A DNA stretch of 64,000 bases from the NCBI GenBank assembly GCA_028534125.1, contig CM052818.1:19284001-19348000 (forward strand), in the 5' to 3' direction. Below are positions 22,871 to 37,004 of this stretch, in pieces. The stretch comes from Lama glama (taxonomy: Eukaryota). Both the position numbers and the translations under genes were made by a program. How positions within the stretch are numbered: position 1 is the first letter of the stretch; each line of letters opens with the position of its first letter. Under the pieces are notes generated by a model. It had not been told where the DNA came from. It saw only the letters and a program-made list of their open reading frames with translations, and searched no databases.

Positions 22871-24980
22871 GTAGGGGCTATGGGGTGACTGATCTTAGCT
22901 AACAACTACCTGAATGATTGGGTTATGATCATTAGTAAGTATTGGGCATTTACTTTTTGTATGACTTAACCATTCAACAGTGTAAAAGGAATACAGAGTT
23001 CTTAGAGACAGTTGAGAGAGGAACTGGGTGGTTCTAGAAAGTGTGTTCTGGCCCAGACAGAAGGAAATAAGAGTGTGGCAAACAGAGATGGACCTTAACC
23101 TTTGCCTTATCAGGATCAGAGAGGGGTGGGGTCTTTATGATGGGTTATTTATGGTGTTGGCAACAGCCCGGATGAAACGTGAGAGCTTTTTTCAGACAGT
23201 GTTCATGTTTAATGACATCTCTGAAGCAACCAGACATACATACACAATTGTGAGGAAGTTCCCTTTCCTGGTAACTGGACAGGATCCAACAGGACCCTGG
23301 CCCTGGGTTCTCATGTTGCTGGTTGAGAACGAAAGCACTGGCAGCTTGCAAGCCATGATAAGAAAACACCAAAGGAAAAAAAAAAGCACACTTAGATTGC
23401 TTTCCTTTCTGGAATTATCTGTATGTCCCAATAAGGACTCCTGGGATGTCCCTAGAAAATTGAGATGTGTGAAAAGAATGAACTAAATGTCACAAACTTC
23501 ATTTTATTGTTACTCCTACTCAGGATGGGTGAATTATCAAGAGTCATAGTCCAGCTGAACTGTATGCAACACACACCACTGTGTGCGATACTGACTCAGA
23601 ATGTACCCAGTTTGATAATGTCCCAGGGAGTCTGGGCTGTCCCCTGTCCCAGTGCTAAGGATCAGCAGTCACTGAGTGAGTAAGAGGGAGAACCATTGCC
23701 TTGAACTGGTAGAAGGAAGTGAAAGAAGGAAACAAAGAATGTGGATAGAGGAGGAGGGGAGGGAGGATATGTCACTTCTCTGTTCGTTCCCTGTTTGTGA
23801 AAAAAGAGAAGGGACTTCCAGAAGTGTATAGGGAAGTCTTGTGATAAAGTAATGACCACATTTCCATTTCCACACAAGATTTCTTAGGTGAGCTAGCAGC
23901 AGGTTATAATAGCGGTAGTGGTGATGTTGGTGATCATGGTATAAAGTCCTGTAGAAAGCAAATCTACATAGTCAGCAGCTGATGGAACTGGAATACAGCT
24001 TGGAGCTAATGGGTGGTGAGCTGACTCACACACTTGGAGCACTGTTAGGGACCTATTTCTGTCTCCTCTTTGGTCAAAAAGACAGCCCAGAAAAAAACAG
24101 CATGTGGATCTAAATGATGCAAATAGCTCAAAGAATAGCTCAGGCTGATGAAGGGTTAGTAAGCCATCTTGACATGCAGGACATCACACTCTGCCTCCAT
24201 GCTTAGGTACAAAGTCTTTCTAAAAGAATACAGCAGGTCTGTTGAATGGAGATTGCTAACCAGTGAAATTATACAAGCACAGATAAGGAGACAGCCATAG
24301 CTTATATGTCAACCAAGCTGGTTCACCCCTGTAGAAATAGTCCATCTGAAAGCACATGTAAATTTATTTGATGCCTGTTTTGGGGCATAAAATGGGGGCA
24401 AAATGTGAAAGTTGGCCTATGAGTAAACTTTAAGGGGATCCAAAATTACCTAATGGTATTTCAGAACCACTTGGTGGGGAGGGACGATGAAGTGATTCTG
24501 TCTTAATCAACAATCAGACTGTGAGGCTCTGGGTCTGTGGAGATTCAGTTTCAATAAGACAGGGTTCTTAGGGTTCTCAGTCAAGGAGTTTCCAACCACA
24601 GTGATAAGACAGATACCCACACTGATAACTGCAGTGCGTGGAATTAACAGAATTGGGGTTGATTTGGCTACTACCCAATTCTAGACGATTGTGAATGTTA
24701 ACCAAACAGGCTGCTCTCTCTTTTTCGACTAATTTTTTTAGATTCTTCTTACTCTTAAGGGTTTTCAGAGCCTTATTTGACTACTGGTCAGAAATTTTCC
24801 TCAGTAGTTTGTGAATTTGGTGGACCATTTAGAGAGGAAGAGAAAGGAAAATGAACATTCTGACATGCCCCCAGGTGTTTTCTTCATATTCCCTTATTTA
24901 ATGTTCACAAAGACTGTATCACTTGTTTCCATTTTCCAAATGGGAGAACTGGTTCAGCAAAGTTCAATAACACCCCAAGG

Positions 24981-25050
24981 CGGGTGCTTAGCACGCAGGA
25001 GGTCCTAATCCCCAGGACTTCCTCTAAATATAAATAAAGCAAGAAAGCTT
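24981..25050 (+). mobile_element. Truncated tRNA-derived SINE (Vic-1 type)
   Basis: gtgcttagcacgcaggaggtcc...aatccccagga...aaatataaataaa, homologous to the other copies. Confidence 0.6.
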
Positions 25051-26724
25051 AGTAACATCCTAAGTCCCACTGGTGAACGGTGGAGCTGAGGCTTGACCTC
25101 AGATCTCTGTGACGCCAAAACCTATTCTCTCTCCCCATATCCCACAGCGTCAATGCTATCAACCCTAAAGTTTATGTCTTAGTAGTCAAAACTTAGAGAA
25201 GTAAGTATTTGTGCACCACATAAGCTGTGGCACTTAGTAGCTTCTGATCAGTTTCCAAAGGAGCTTGTAGTTGGGTACTCATCTTTACCGGGGACCTTCG
25301 TTCTTTAAAATTGGTTTTCATACTTTCTAACCGAGAGGCTATATAATGTTTCATAGTTTGCTTACTTATTGTAGAAACACCCATAGAATGAAAGTAATAA
25401 AGCAGTGAAGTCCTTGCAACCACAGGAACCTTCCCTGTCTACTTCCTGCTGGGAGTTGGTAGAGGAGGGAGGACCCTGTTTGGTAGCCATGACCTTCCCA
25501 CTCTCTTTGGGATGCTGCTGACTTTGGATGCCTGCCCATCACCCTAGCTGACAGTTTTTAGAAAAAACTCCTGAAATTTTATACACAGAAGCACTGAAGC
25601 ATAGATGTGTCACACACGGACACAGGTACTTTCATGTACAGATCACTCAGAATTCAGAAGCTGTATTAGTTGTGAGTCAAGGGCCACACCACATCACCCC
25701 ATCACCCTGTCGTGATTTTTGAGGGCAAATCCAGATAAGAATTTGAGTTAATAAAGCCCCCTGCTTCCCTCCCAAATTGTTTCCCATCTGCTCCCTTCCT
25801 TGGTTCTCATTGCAATTGCAACGAAATCGGCAGTTGTTTCTGAAAGTAGAACAGCCGGCAAAGAGCACTGACCTAGCTCCTAGTTACCCCTCAGACAGGG
25901 CTCTGGGTGTAACCTTGGACCAGTCATCTGTCTGCCTCAGTCAGGTGGAAATTCACTTTAATAGCTTGGTTCATACCCAGCAGCACTGGGTTAGTTTGTG
26001 AAGGCTCTATGCTACAGATCAATTCAGATTGTGTCGCAATGCACTCTGGCCCAGTTAGGCATTTCCTGGCCTCACCCAACAGGTGCCCAGCCCAGTGGAC
26101 TTCTGCTCTATGTCTGTGCTCCACCCCTCATCTGTCACAGCCCTCCACAGTTGGGGTGCTCCACCTAATCTGCACCCCAAAGTGGCATGTTAGGTTCTCT
26201 CGTACTTTCCCTGTACACAATCCTAGACCCAAGCTCCCTGCTAGGAAATGATTAGCTCATGCTAATGCAAGAGATAATAATTATACACTAAAATGAATGC
26301 TGGGGTAGAGGAGACATACTTGGGACTCTAGAAGGACATACTTGGGACTCTGTCTGGTAGGGTCAGTAAAGTTTTCTGTGAGGGAGCAGTGATCATGCTG
26401 ATGTTTGAAGGATGAGTAGGTATTAATGAGACAAAACTGAGGCAGAACGTTGCAGACAAGGAGCAGAGCAATGGAAAAACCCTGCAGAGGTGGGGAGGGG
26501 CAAGGGAGAGCTCAGCGGGCTGGAGGAGCAGAAAGAAGACGGGAGTGACCAGGCTCAGTGAGGCTGGGCAGGGAGGCAGGGCCACACTCTAAGGACTGAG
26601 TGGATGCTGCATCCCTTGACTAACTATATCTTCATCTCACACCATGCACTCCTACACACTCATCTTCTTCTCTGTTCCTCCTTGGGGGTTTCAATGACCC
26701 TGTTTCTCCCTCCACCCCAGGATT

Positions 26725-27145
26725 CAGCCAAAAAAAAAAAAAAAAGATAAAATTAAAGAAAAAAATAGAAAATATCTTTAAAACAAACTGCACATACTTG
26801 CAACAACAAGAATGAATCTCAAGAATTATGCTAAGCAATGAAATTCAGATAAAAAGAGTACATACTGTATGATTCCCTTCACATGGAATCCTAGGACAGG
26901 CAAAGCTAATCTAAAGTGACAAATTAGAACAAAGTTGTCCAGGACAAGGTCGGGTTGGGAGAAGACTGACTGGGAAAAGGAACAAGGAAATTTGTGGGAG
27001 TGGTGGTGGTAATGGAAATGTTCTTTATTTTGATAAAGATGCAAGTTAGTGTATGCATTTGTCAAAACTCCCTAAACCTTACTCCTAAGATCTGTGCATT
27101 TTATTGTTTGTAAATAACATCTCAATTTCAAAAAAAATAAAAAGG
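26725..27145 (+). mobile_element. Old L1 3' end (L1ME/L1MC type)
   Basis: gaatgaatctcaagaattatgctaag...tactgtatgattcc...atttgtcaaaactc...tgtgcattttattg followed by an A-rich tail. Confidence 0.7.
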
Positions 27146-29674
27146 AAAGGAAAATGGTGCATTTAGAGTTCATGACACACTAATAAGCAACCAAAGAAAA
27201 CATGGCATGTTGTTTCCTTATCTTCGCCTACCGGGGCACTCTTAAGAGACTGACTTCATCAATGGACATCCTCACTCTAAGATCAGAAAAGGATCAGAAG
27301 AGCCTGCAACTCCGTTTCCTCTCCTTCAGCCAGAAGAGAAATCAGAGGGGAAGAGAGCAGGTGGGAGTCCAAGACAAAACCACTAATAAGAAGACTAGGC
27401 AGATAAACTCAACGTCGAGCTGTAGAACTGCGATTTTTATTCCTTTTCTCCAAAACTTAAATTCATAGTCTGCTCACCACAGATTCGGTTTCTAAACTGC
27501 ATTTAGCTCTCAGCGGGGGAGGGGGTGCAGGGTGGGCGAGAGGAGGGAGGAGAAACTCACAAACATTCCAAGTAATGAATGTCTTCATAAATATAAAGCT
27601 AGAGGAAACAGTTTCACGGTACCCAGAGGAAATGAATTCCACTGCCATGCAGGGACCAGGACCTCTGCCCTGCTTTCCTCCTGTTTCCTGACTCATCTCA
27701 TTATCATCATGTTTGCATTTTTCTAAACATTGAATTACAAAAAAAGATCTCCTTTCCCACCATTTGGCTGTTTGGTGGCACTCATGTTTGCACAGTTTCT
27801 CTTCTATAATGCATTCAGCCCAGGCACAAGCAACTTAAGGCACAAATGCTCAGATGGAGGCAGGGAGAGGAGGTTTGCCCAGAGATGGAAGGCGAGTGGG
27901 AGGGGAGATCCTGACAGGAAGGAAAGATCTGAAGGGAGGGGCTGGGGGTTTGAGCTCGACCGGAAAGCCTTTCTCCTCCGCAGTCTTGTCTCAGCAAGGC
28001 GGTCAGACTGGAGGAGCAGGGACCCTTCAATGTCCTCACAGCCTTTACAGAGTCCTTTTACAAAGTTGGGTTAATTTTTAACTTCCTTAGAGTGAGATAA
28101 AAAACAAAGGCAGAAACTCTCACCCTAGGGCTGGTTTCTACAGCTCTTTGTCCTCAAGTCTCCTCCCGTCTCCTTTGTCCCCAGGCCCTCAGGGAAGGCT
28201 GAGAAAATGGTCACGTGGCACGGATGGGGCCTGGTTCCTGGCAGTTCCCTGGGCTCCCTGCAGAGACCAGGATTCCTAGTCTTTCAGGCACCTGCCCCAT
28301 TTTTTCATTTCCCTTTTGTTTTTGTTGTCGATGTGGCCGTGTGTCCACGACACTGGCATTCCCACATTCTCAAACTCCAGAATCCAGTTTCTTATATTTC
28401 AGTGTTTTTAAGGTCAGTGGAAACTTTTTTTAAAAAAGCAACATTAAGCTAATGTATTCTTACTGCAGAAAGAAAGCTTTGTTCTATTTCTCCAGAAAGC
28501 TGACGCTCACCAGCAGTTCTCAGATCTTGAAAGATAGGCTCACTATTTACTTGTAGGAAAGGCACCAGATCAAGGTGCTTTTAAAAACAACCAGTCACTC
28601 AGAATCCTGCTTTCCCTTCCTATTTTTAAGTCTCCTTTGTACATCACCCAAGTAACTGAAGTATAAAGAAATATTTTCCTGAATATTGTTTTACACTGGT
28701 GAAATTACATGGTACATATTTGTATTTCGTTAACACTTTACTCTCTTTCCTGACTGAGATGTCAAATCTTGCTGTCAGCCTGGGTAATGTCATACAGGAA
28801 AATGGCCCTTCACCACCACAGACCCCCTGTGCTAAGGGGCCAAGTAGATGTCAGATAAATATTTATGAATGAATGAAGAATAGTGGGAGAAAAGAAGCTG
28901 GTGATTTCTAAAACAGGAGGATTCCTCCTAGAATAAGCAAGGATTGTATCAATAAAAATATACCGTTTCCTTCTTGCTTAACTAATTACTGGGGAAGTTT
29001 CAGAGAAAAATATTTTTGGAAATAGAGAAAGTTTTAGGAGCCTAAAAAGCCTTTAGACCTCAGAACTGCTGGGATCCCAGGCCTTATGATACAGACGAGG
29101 GAAGCCAGAAACATTTAATAAAATGTTGCCCATAGCCATAGCATCCTTTCTGGACTCCTGGCTGCTCTGGGGAGATAGTACTGGTTGCTCTGTTGACCAC
29201 ACAGACTAAGTCCCAATTCTGACTGTGTTCTGAGGTATATAACCTGATAAAAGAAAAGTAGACACTGTGAGGCTTGGTATTAAACTGCAAAGAAAACTCA
29301 GCCAACTAGTTTAAATCTTGGAGATTTGATTGAATGGAGAGCTGCTCCTGCAAAGACCAAAGACAAAGGGCTGTGGGGGTGGTGGCAGCAAAGCTGCACA
29401 AGGAAAAGGGATCCATGGGTGAGGAGCTGTTGGTCTGAGGGGAGCTTGGCATGGCCGGTGGCTGGGCCTCAGGTCCATTTGTTGAGGATGATAGTATAGT
29501 CCCAAGTTCACCATCAAGTCGTTTTTCTGCCGACACTGACCCCTTTTTTTTCTGGAAGCAGTCATTCTCAGTCCATCCCTAGGAGCCCTGACTGCTTGCG
29601 ATCGTTTACTTTTCAGGCTCAGCGTCCTGCGGACGGCACGTCCAAATGCTCATACTCAAGACACAGAACTTCAT

Positions 29675-29884
29675 GTATCAAAGCTCAGCGTTATTGCTGT
29701 CTGGGGCTCGATCATTGTTTGCGGGGTGAGGAAGGCTGTCCTGTCCTTGTAGGGTAGCAGGCTATTTTGCAACATCCTGGCCACTAGAGGCCAGTAGCAT
29801 CCCCCAACTGTGACAACTCAAGTGTCTCTACACATAGCCAAATGTCTCTGGATGGCAAAATTGCCCCCCCGTTGAGAACCACTG
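29675..29884 (+). mobile_element. hAT-Charlie MITE, MER20
   Basis: ccactagaggccagtagc...tgtgacaac...gccaaatgtc...ggcaaaattgccccccgttgagaaccactg is the MER20 3' end. Confidence 0.8.
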
Positions 29885-31257
29885 CCTCAGACAAGTTACC
29901 TGTCATGAAATTCTTCATTCAGTCTATTAGGATGATTGGTATTAGTTCGTCCAGCTACCAGAACAAAACCAAAAACCTTGATATCAGTTCATGTCGAGTT
30001 TAAGAGTGCTCCTGCCCAGTTCCACCTTAGACTTGGGTAAATCTAAGGGTCAGTCAGCTTGGTGTGCCAGGCCTTAGAGGGTCCTGCTCTTGATTGTTCC
30101 AGCCATGTCCTTTCTCATGGGGTAAGGGATCAACAAGGACAAGAGAATATGCCCGTTGGAGCCCTTGCCTCCCTACTAGACCACATCCTGGACATCAAAA
30201 TTCCTTGCTCAAAAGGGTCAAGTCTGCCTTCAGGGCTGACATGATCCCTTTTCCAGACTGTGGTCCACAGCACTGGGGAGGCCCAACTGAGGCCAAGGGG
30301 TCTCACTTATTGGCAACGTGGTTGGAGCTTTGACATGCAGGCTTTATTCTCACCCTGGAAACTGCAAATGTTAGACAAGGACTTGCCCCCTCCTTCTTAC
30401 ACCACCAGCTCTCCAACAAAATGTAGTCGATCAGGGATCATTAGCAGTTCCACATCCCCCCAACCCCCGACCCTGTACCTTCTCCACTTTCCCCATCCTC
30501 TGCAGAAGGCAATGAGGAACACTGACTTTCAATGGAATACCAGCAGGGAAAAGAAGAAGTTCCCAGAATTGCTCACTACTCCAGCAGGGGCTGGACAGGT
30601 TTTTACCTCTCCACTGAGCGGAAAACATCATCTAATTGTTGGTGAAACACGCCCCCAGAAAAACCCCAGCATTCCTGGCATATTTGCTTTCCTCTGCTCA
30701 TCTTGTCTCTAATCTACTCATGAGGCAGGTTTCTCGTCTGGGCTGTGGACTCCACAGTCGGGCATTATTTGGTGAATGTGTCCTCCTCCTCCTCCAAGCG
30801 GTCTAACTGATCCTCCTTCAGGGGAAATGAATCACTCTCTTGATTTTGAGCCCCTGCAGTCTCTTACTCACACCCTGACTAATCACTTACCTGTTCCATT
30901 ACACCTTGCACTCAGGCGAGTCCTATCAGAAAGAGCTCCTTAGAGACAAAGGGCATCTGACTCCTCTGACTTTCCCTGGTGAGCCTAGTGCCGGGCCTCA
31001 CACACACCACTCAGCTGGCCAGGCCTCCTCACTGAATCAGTTAACTTTAAAATTCGACCTGGTTGGGATTAAAGTCACTGAGTTTTATAAGAAAACCAGT
31101 CCAACCAGTTCCCTCCTTGATGGCTCTTAGGTCCTGAGGCTGGTTTATTTTGTCAACTTAGAGCCCTGCTGTCAACATTCACTTCACACCTGGGCCCCTC
31201 CAGAGCTTTCTGACCTTGTAAAGACCGGGGGACATCAGGGAAAAGAAAGTTATACGG

Positions 31258-31727
31258 ATTAGATTCGTTTCCTAGGACCTCCGGACAAAGAACCACGCAC
31301 TTGGTGACTTAAAATAGAAGAAATGTATCCTCTCTGGGTTCTGGAAGCCAGAAGTCCAAAATCAAGATATTGACAAGACTCTGCTCTGTCTGCAGGTTGT
31401 AGGGAGGATCCTTCTTTGCCTCTCCCGGCTTCTGGTGGTTGTGGCAGTCCTTGGTGTCCCTCGGCTTCCGGAAAAAAATCACTCCAATCTCTGCCTCTGC
31501 TGTCACATGGCATTTTCCCTGTGTGTCTTCTCTCCCTGTGTCCAGATTTCCTTCTTTTTACCAGGAGAGCAGTCCTCAGATTTAGGGCTCATCCTAATCC
31601 AGTCTGACCTCATCTTAACGTGATTACATCTGCAAAGGCCATATTTCCAAATGAGACGACGTTCACAGGTGTAGGAGGGTTAGGACTTGAACATATCTTT
31701 TTAGGGGACATAATTCCACCCACTACA
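31258..31727 (-). mobile_element. MaLR LTR (MLT1B/C-like)
   Basis: ttctggaagccagaagtccaaaatcaag...gacctcatcttaac...attacatctgcaaag...tttccaaat...ggggacataattccacccactaca. Confidence 0.8.
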
Positions 31728-31939
31728 GGGATGAAAGAGCTTAATTCCCACAGTCTTTGGTAAAACTCTGTCTTGGAGCATGTAGGACTCTAAGGTTTTG
31801 TGAGTTTGGTCCCCCATCTTTTTCTCCATGTAAAACTCTGCCATTTAGAATCCTTGATTTGAATCTCGTCGCCACCATATGCACAACCTTGGCTAAACGA
31901 TGTCTCCCAGAATACTTCTAAATGTTATTACACGCCTCC

Positions 31940-32780
31940 ACATGAAATTGAAGTACCTCCCAACAATACATTTCCATTTCATCTCTCCCATCCTTTCAGC
32001 TCTTGTGATCACGCGTTTTACATCTACATATGTTATAAACCCCATAAGAAATTGTTATTATGTTTTACTTTAAATAGTATCAAATTTGGGAAAATTTTGG
32101 CTATTGTTTCTTCAAATATTTTTTCTGCCCACCCTTGTTTTGGGAAGGCTCCAATTAAGTTAAATCACTTGATATTGTCCCACAATCATTGAGGCTCTGT
32201 TCATTTTTTTAAAGTCTTTTTTTCTCTCTCTCCTTCATTTTGGCTGGTTTCTATTGCTATATCTCAAGTTTAGTAAATTTTTTTTTGTATTATCTAGTCT
32301 ACTGTTATTTCCACTGCCAGAAATTGCATTTGAGGTTTTTTTTTTTAATCTTCCATTTCTCGTCTGTGTGTTTTCACAGTTTCACTCTATTCGTGTATAC
32401 CTTATTATTGAGCAAAGATTCAAGGGGACCCTCAAGCTCTTTATTCTTTGTAACCCCATCCTTTCTGCCCTACAAATTCCAGTTATTCTCCATCCCCCGC
32501 CCCAAACTCTGAGCTCTCTCTCCTCAACTCAGCAAGACCACTGGGCTCTCCCTGTGCCGTGGTCTAGAATGTGTCTCCAGACAGAAGACCAGGGCAATTA
32601 CAAGCCTTACTTCATTCGTTTCCCTTCTCTTAGGGGTCACAGACTTGTGCTGCCTGTTGTCCAACATCTTAGTAACATTTGTTCTATGTGTCTTTGTCTA
32701 GTTTTCTGGTTGTTCACAGCGAGAGTAAATCTGATTCTTATTACTCCACCGTGAACCACTATGGGTGAGAAGTGAAAATT
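31940..32780 (-). mobile_element. Degenerate old L1 fragments
   Basis: tcaaatttgggaaaattttggctattgtttcttcaaatattttttctgccc and related antisense L1M motifs. Confidence 0.55.
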
Positions 32781-35652
32781 CTAGGTAAATGACTTAAACT
32801 TGCTGAGCCTCAGTTTCTTCATTCATAAAACAGAGCCAATAATTTCTACATCCCAGGGGTAACGGGAGGATTAGATGAGATAATGTGTACTTACAGTAGC
32901 AGTTACATCTACTGAATGTTAGTACGTGCCAGGCCTCATCCTAAGTACCTTATGTTAACTGTCTCATATGTATTTGAACTCCACAACAACTCTGAATGAA
33001 AGACATTATTAATCCCATTCTATAGATGGGAAAGCTTTAGTAAATTATCCAAGATCAAATAGGTGATAAATGCAGAACTGGAATCCTTCTTATTCCAAAG
33101 TCCATATTAACCTGTGGGTTATAAGAGCTTGAGGGAGTGCCTGGTACATGGTAGGAACCTGAGAATTCAAATATTAGAGCCTCCCTTTATTATCTTCCCT
33201 GATACCTGGCGTTTCAAAGGTTATAGAATTGTGATAGACGCCAAAGTTTATAACAGGGAATCCAATTTCTAGTGTTGAGCCTTTTTTCTCTGCATCTCCC
33301 TTGGATATTCTCTCTTAAGTAGTTCTCAAATCTATGGACTTTCTCTGCCTCCACTGCCACCCTTCTGGGCCAGGTGACTGCCCCCTACCTGGACTCCCTG
33401 CACCTACTCTGGCCTCTCTAACTTCTCATCGCAGCCTGAGTGACTCTTTCAAAATGTAAACCTAATCAGGTCTCTTTCCTATTTAAACTCTTTAAAGAAC
33501 CATTAGAATAAAGTCTAAAAGTCTCCTGGAAGTCACAGGACCTGCGTGGTTCTCCAGTTCTCACTTCTCACTGTGCACTTGCCCTCAGGCTCCTGGCCAC
33601 TCCTTGTCCCCAAAGATGCCGTCACACACCTGGGTTCTGACCTCTCCTCATGTTTCTGTATGACGACAAATTGCCATTTTAATAAAAATGTCTAGGCGGT
33701 TCTCACTTCTTTTTTTAACCGGAGACCCTATGCTAACCCCTTAGAGCTTGCAAGACTTAAGTCTGGACAGCCATCGAAACAGGCTATTAAGCCTTGGTCC
33801 TTATGTGGACTCCCTGCCATAGAATTCACAATGTTCTAATCTGCCTTATTAACTTAACAGGAAAACATTGGCTCCTGAGTGAGGATTATCACCCTGCACA
33901 TGCAAGTTTCACAAAATGGCCCTAGAATTATCAACTCAAAATGTTGTCTACAGAGCACAGATTGATGGCCATGACTAACCTTGGACAACTCTTCTTATAC
34001 CAGGGAAGCCCTGGAAGTTTCTTTCGGTCTGTTTGTTCCCAGGTAGAATGACTCTTCTCCTCCACCTTTAGGGCTCCCGTGGGAGCTAATGAGACAAGGT
34101 CCATAAATGGCTCTGAGTTCCTTGGTGAGAGCCAGTACATATGTAAATATTACATGCCAAGTTTGAGTGGGAGTGTGTAATGAAGTCTGATGTCAGCTTA
34201 ACAAAGATGCAATGTTGCTCAATGGAGTGGGACTACTGAAGCGACCCATTAAAAGACCATGAGAAAAACCTGAAGAAGGAAAGTCGCTCTTGGGAGGAGG
34301 AGGATGAAAAGCTCCTTGAGGGACCATGGGTTCTTCAACTGTACCCTCTTCAGAATTTAGCCCAGTATGGAATATATAGGAGCTGCTCAGGAAAGACTGA
34401 GCTCAGGATCACCTGCAAAGGTTATCAGAGGTGATTCTGTGCTTGGAACAGACAACAGAGAGTGCAGCCTCTGTGATAAGATCATCTGGGATTCTGTGGA
34501 AGAGACAGTGCTTGGCAGAGGCGGTTGCTTACCAAAACTGGCCAGGTGTGTCTGGCCCTATATTATCTGGTTAGATTCAAGGCTGGCTTCAGTGAGGGGA
34601 GAGGAGGCAGCTACCTATCTCCTCCTAGTCTCCTCTACTTCCATATGTCTTTGCTCAAAGCTAGGAGCCCCACCTTTAGAATTCAACTCCTTTGAATATT
34701 TCCTCCCTGTTAAAATGTGAACATCTTGTTATAAATGGTGATTCAGTAGGTCTTCTTGTGGAGAACCACACACTACGAGATGAGAGACGCAGAGGTAAGC
34801 TCTGGGAGGAAACACACCCGAGGTTCTTTCTGAGCCTGTGGAAGGGCACTGATTCCTGGAAGGAGCCCAGGGGCAGAGAAAGGGGTGAGGAGGGCGGTCT
34901 CACAGCCAAATACCAGCATGGGGCTTGGGCCAAAATCTGGCTAATTACGGATGGGGATGGAGTGAAGGAAAACATGCCCCATAAAGAAAATTCTCTGGGA
35001 CTCCTAAAGCAAATTTACATTAGGTTTAACTATAGGCATAATTAGGGAAGAGTTTGGAAGCCATGACTGTCCCCACTACGGAGAGCTGGGTCCTGGACCT
35101 CAGGTTAGAGCCGCTGGTGCTTCAGGGACCAGACATTCAGACTCAGACTCTACCTGGCCTGACCTGCCTTCAAGGTATGATTGATGTCAGGAATGCTGGG
35201 AAGGCTCTCTACCCCTTGAAACATTTTCCCCACCTGCTCAATGAGGCCTGACGTTCCTTTTTAATACGCAGCAAAGCCTTGCATTACAAAACTAAAGAGC
35301 AAGCTTAAAATGACCATGAGAGGCCAGAGAGGAGAGACTGTATACAGGACATTGAAGGAAACAAAGAAAGTCCAGCTGGCCTTGGCCCCGGGGCAGGTGG
35401 TGATGGCAGTGTCTAGGGTGGTATCATTCTGCTCAAGGCCCTCCCATTGAAGGCAATCTTTTTTCCCTCACAACAGTCACAGAATCATTTCAGAATTTCT
35501 TTAAGCTTTCTGAGAATTAGGAAACAGAAGAAAACAAGGCCTTTCTTCTAGACAAGTAACAAAGGATATGGATGTGGACGGATGAGGAGTGAGGAGGGGG
35601 CTCAAATTCTTTAAATTTTTAATAGATCTTAAACTGCCACTTTGAAATGCAG

Positions 35653-35688
35653 TACTGCCCTCTGCTGACTACAGTGTGTATAGCTCAG
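35653..35688 (-). promoter_or_regulatory. Candidate CTCF site, reverse orientation
   Basis: Minus strand GAGCTATAC-acactgt-AGTCAGCAGAGGGCAGT: core motif plus an upstream module at typical spacing. Confidence 0.55.
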
Positions 35689-37004
35689 CAAAACCAAGGA
35701 TGACTCCTATGTCCTTTCCCGCATCTGGCAAAGACCGAGGCAGGGACCTTCTACGCCAGGTGGGAGACAAATCAGCTATGGGCTGGCTTCCCCAACGCCA
35801 CACCCCCTCAGAAAGCACCCCTTAGTGTCTGCTGGTTTTGAATGGAAACAGGTATATCTTGCTTCTCGCTTCTCCTGCCTCAATAGCAAATGAGGTCACA
35901 TGGGCATAACTACTCAGAGAACAGTGGCTCCAAACCCCACCCACTTGATTGCAGCGCCTCCCAAAGCCTCCCTCAGAGACTCTGCCAGGCTCTCAGGGGG
36001 TGCAGGCATGTGGTCTGGGCTCTGGGCACCGGGAAGGGTCCGCCATGCTCTTCTTGCTGGCTCCTGGCCCTACAAAGTCTCTAGGCCAATGAGCCGTTGG
36101 AAGGAACTTTTCTGCTCCGCTGCCGACTGTGGCCAGGCTCTTTCACAGTTTCCAGTCCTACTGGTGCCCGTATCTGTGCAGATGTAGGAGAAGGGGTCCC
36201 AGCAGAGACTTGGGATTTATTCAGATTGCTTATGTGATCAAAGAACTTAGCTTAAATGTTCTCAGTTGTTTGGTGTTATGTCTGGTTATTAAAACAAGCT
36301 TCCCTGCTTAGGGGCTTTTTTTTTTCATTCCTGGGAAGCTGGAAAAACTCCTCAAATCAATTCTGAAATCAAAGTGAAAATTTTCCTACTATTTTCTCTC
36401 TCTTTCTTCATAATGTTTAACACAAAACCTGCTCCCATTTTCTTCAGAGGCCTTCAAAACCTCCCATAATGAAGAGTGGGTATATATCCATCAAATCCTT
36501 TAGGATGAGAAATGAAGCTCAAAGGAAAAGAGGTTCCCAACAGGACTCTGCAGTAGTCAGTGGTATAAAGGTTTAGGGTTAAACTTCACCTTGGGGAGAG
36601 AAAAAGTAAGTGCTGACAGGTTTATAGGCCTTTCTCAAAGTACAGTGGGGCACGTGAAACATGGTTCTGATTTCTGAGGCTGGCAAATGGAAGTGTATCC
36701 AGTTTTTACAAGCAAATAAAATGCAAGTTATTACTTTTGACACAAACAACACAGACTCCCAGGACCCTGCTGTTCTGCATCTGGAAGAAGCTGATAAGGT
36801 GGCGGTGATCTGGGTCTGAGGACGCTCAACCACACTCATAGGCCTTCACTGGTGTTTTATCACTGCGGTGGGGAGCTTCACACCTCTTCTAATGCCACTC
36901 TGAGGACCCATCTCGGCTCTGATGGGAGCAAGTGGGAGCAAGAGACTATGCTAAGGACCTAAACCTAAAACCTAAACTGGAAGACTTAGGCATCAAAAGT
37001 GGTA

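Noticed and set aside
23028..24500. 152-aa ORF and neighbouring sequence as a retroviral or host gene remnant
   Set aside because: No recognisable protein motif in any frame and no consistent splice pattern.
33657..34139. Possible additional solo LTR (TG...CA, about 480 bp)
   Set aside because: No matching TSD and no family I can recognise; needs a repeat-library search.
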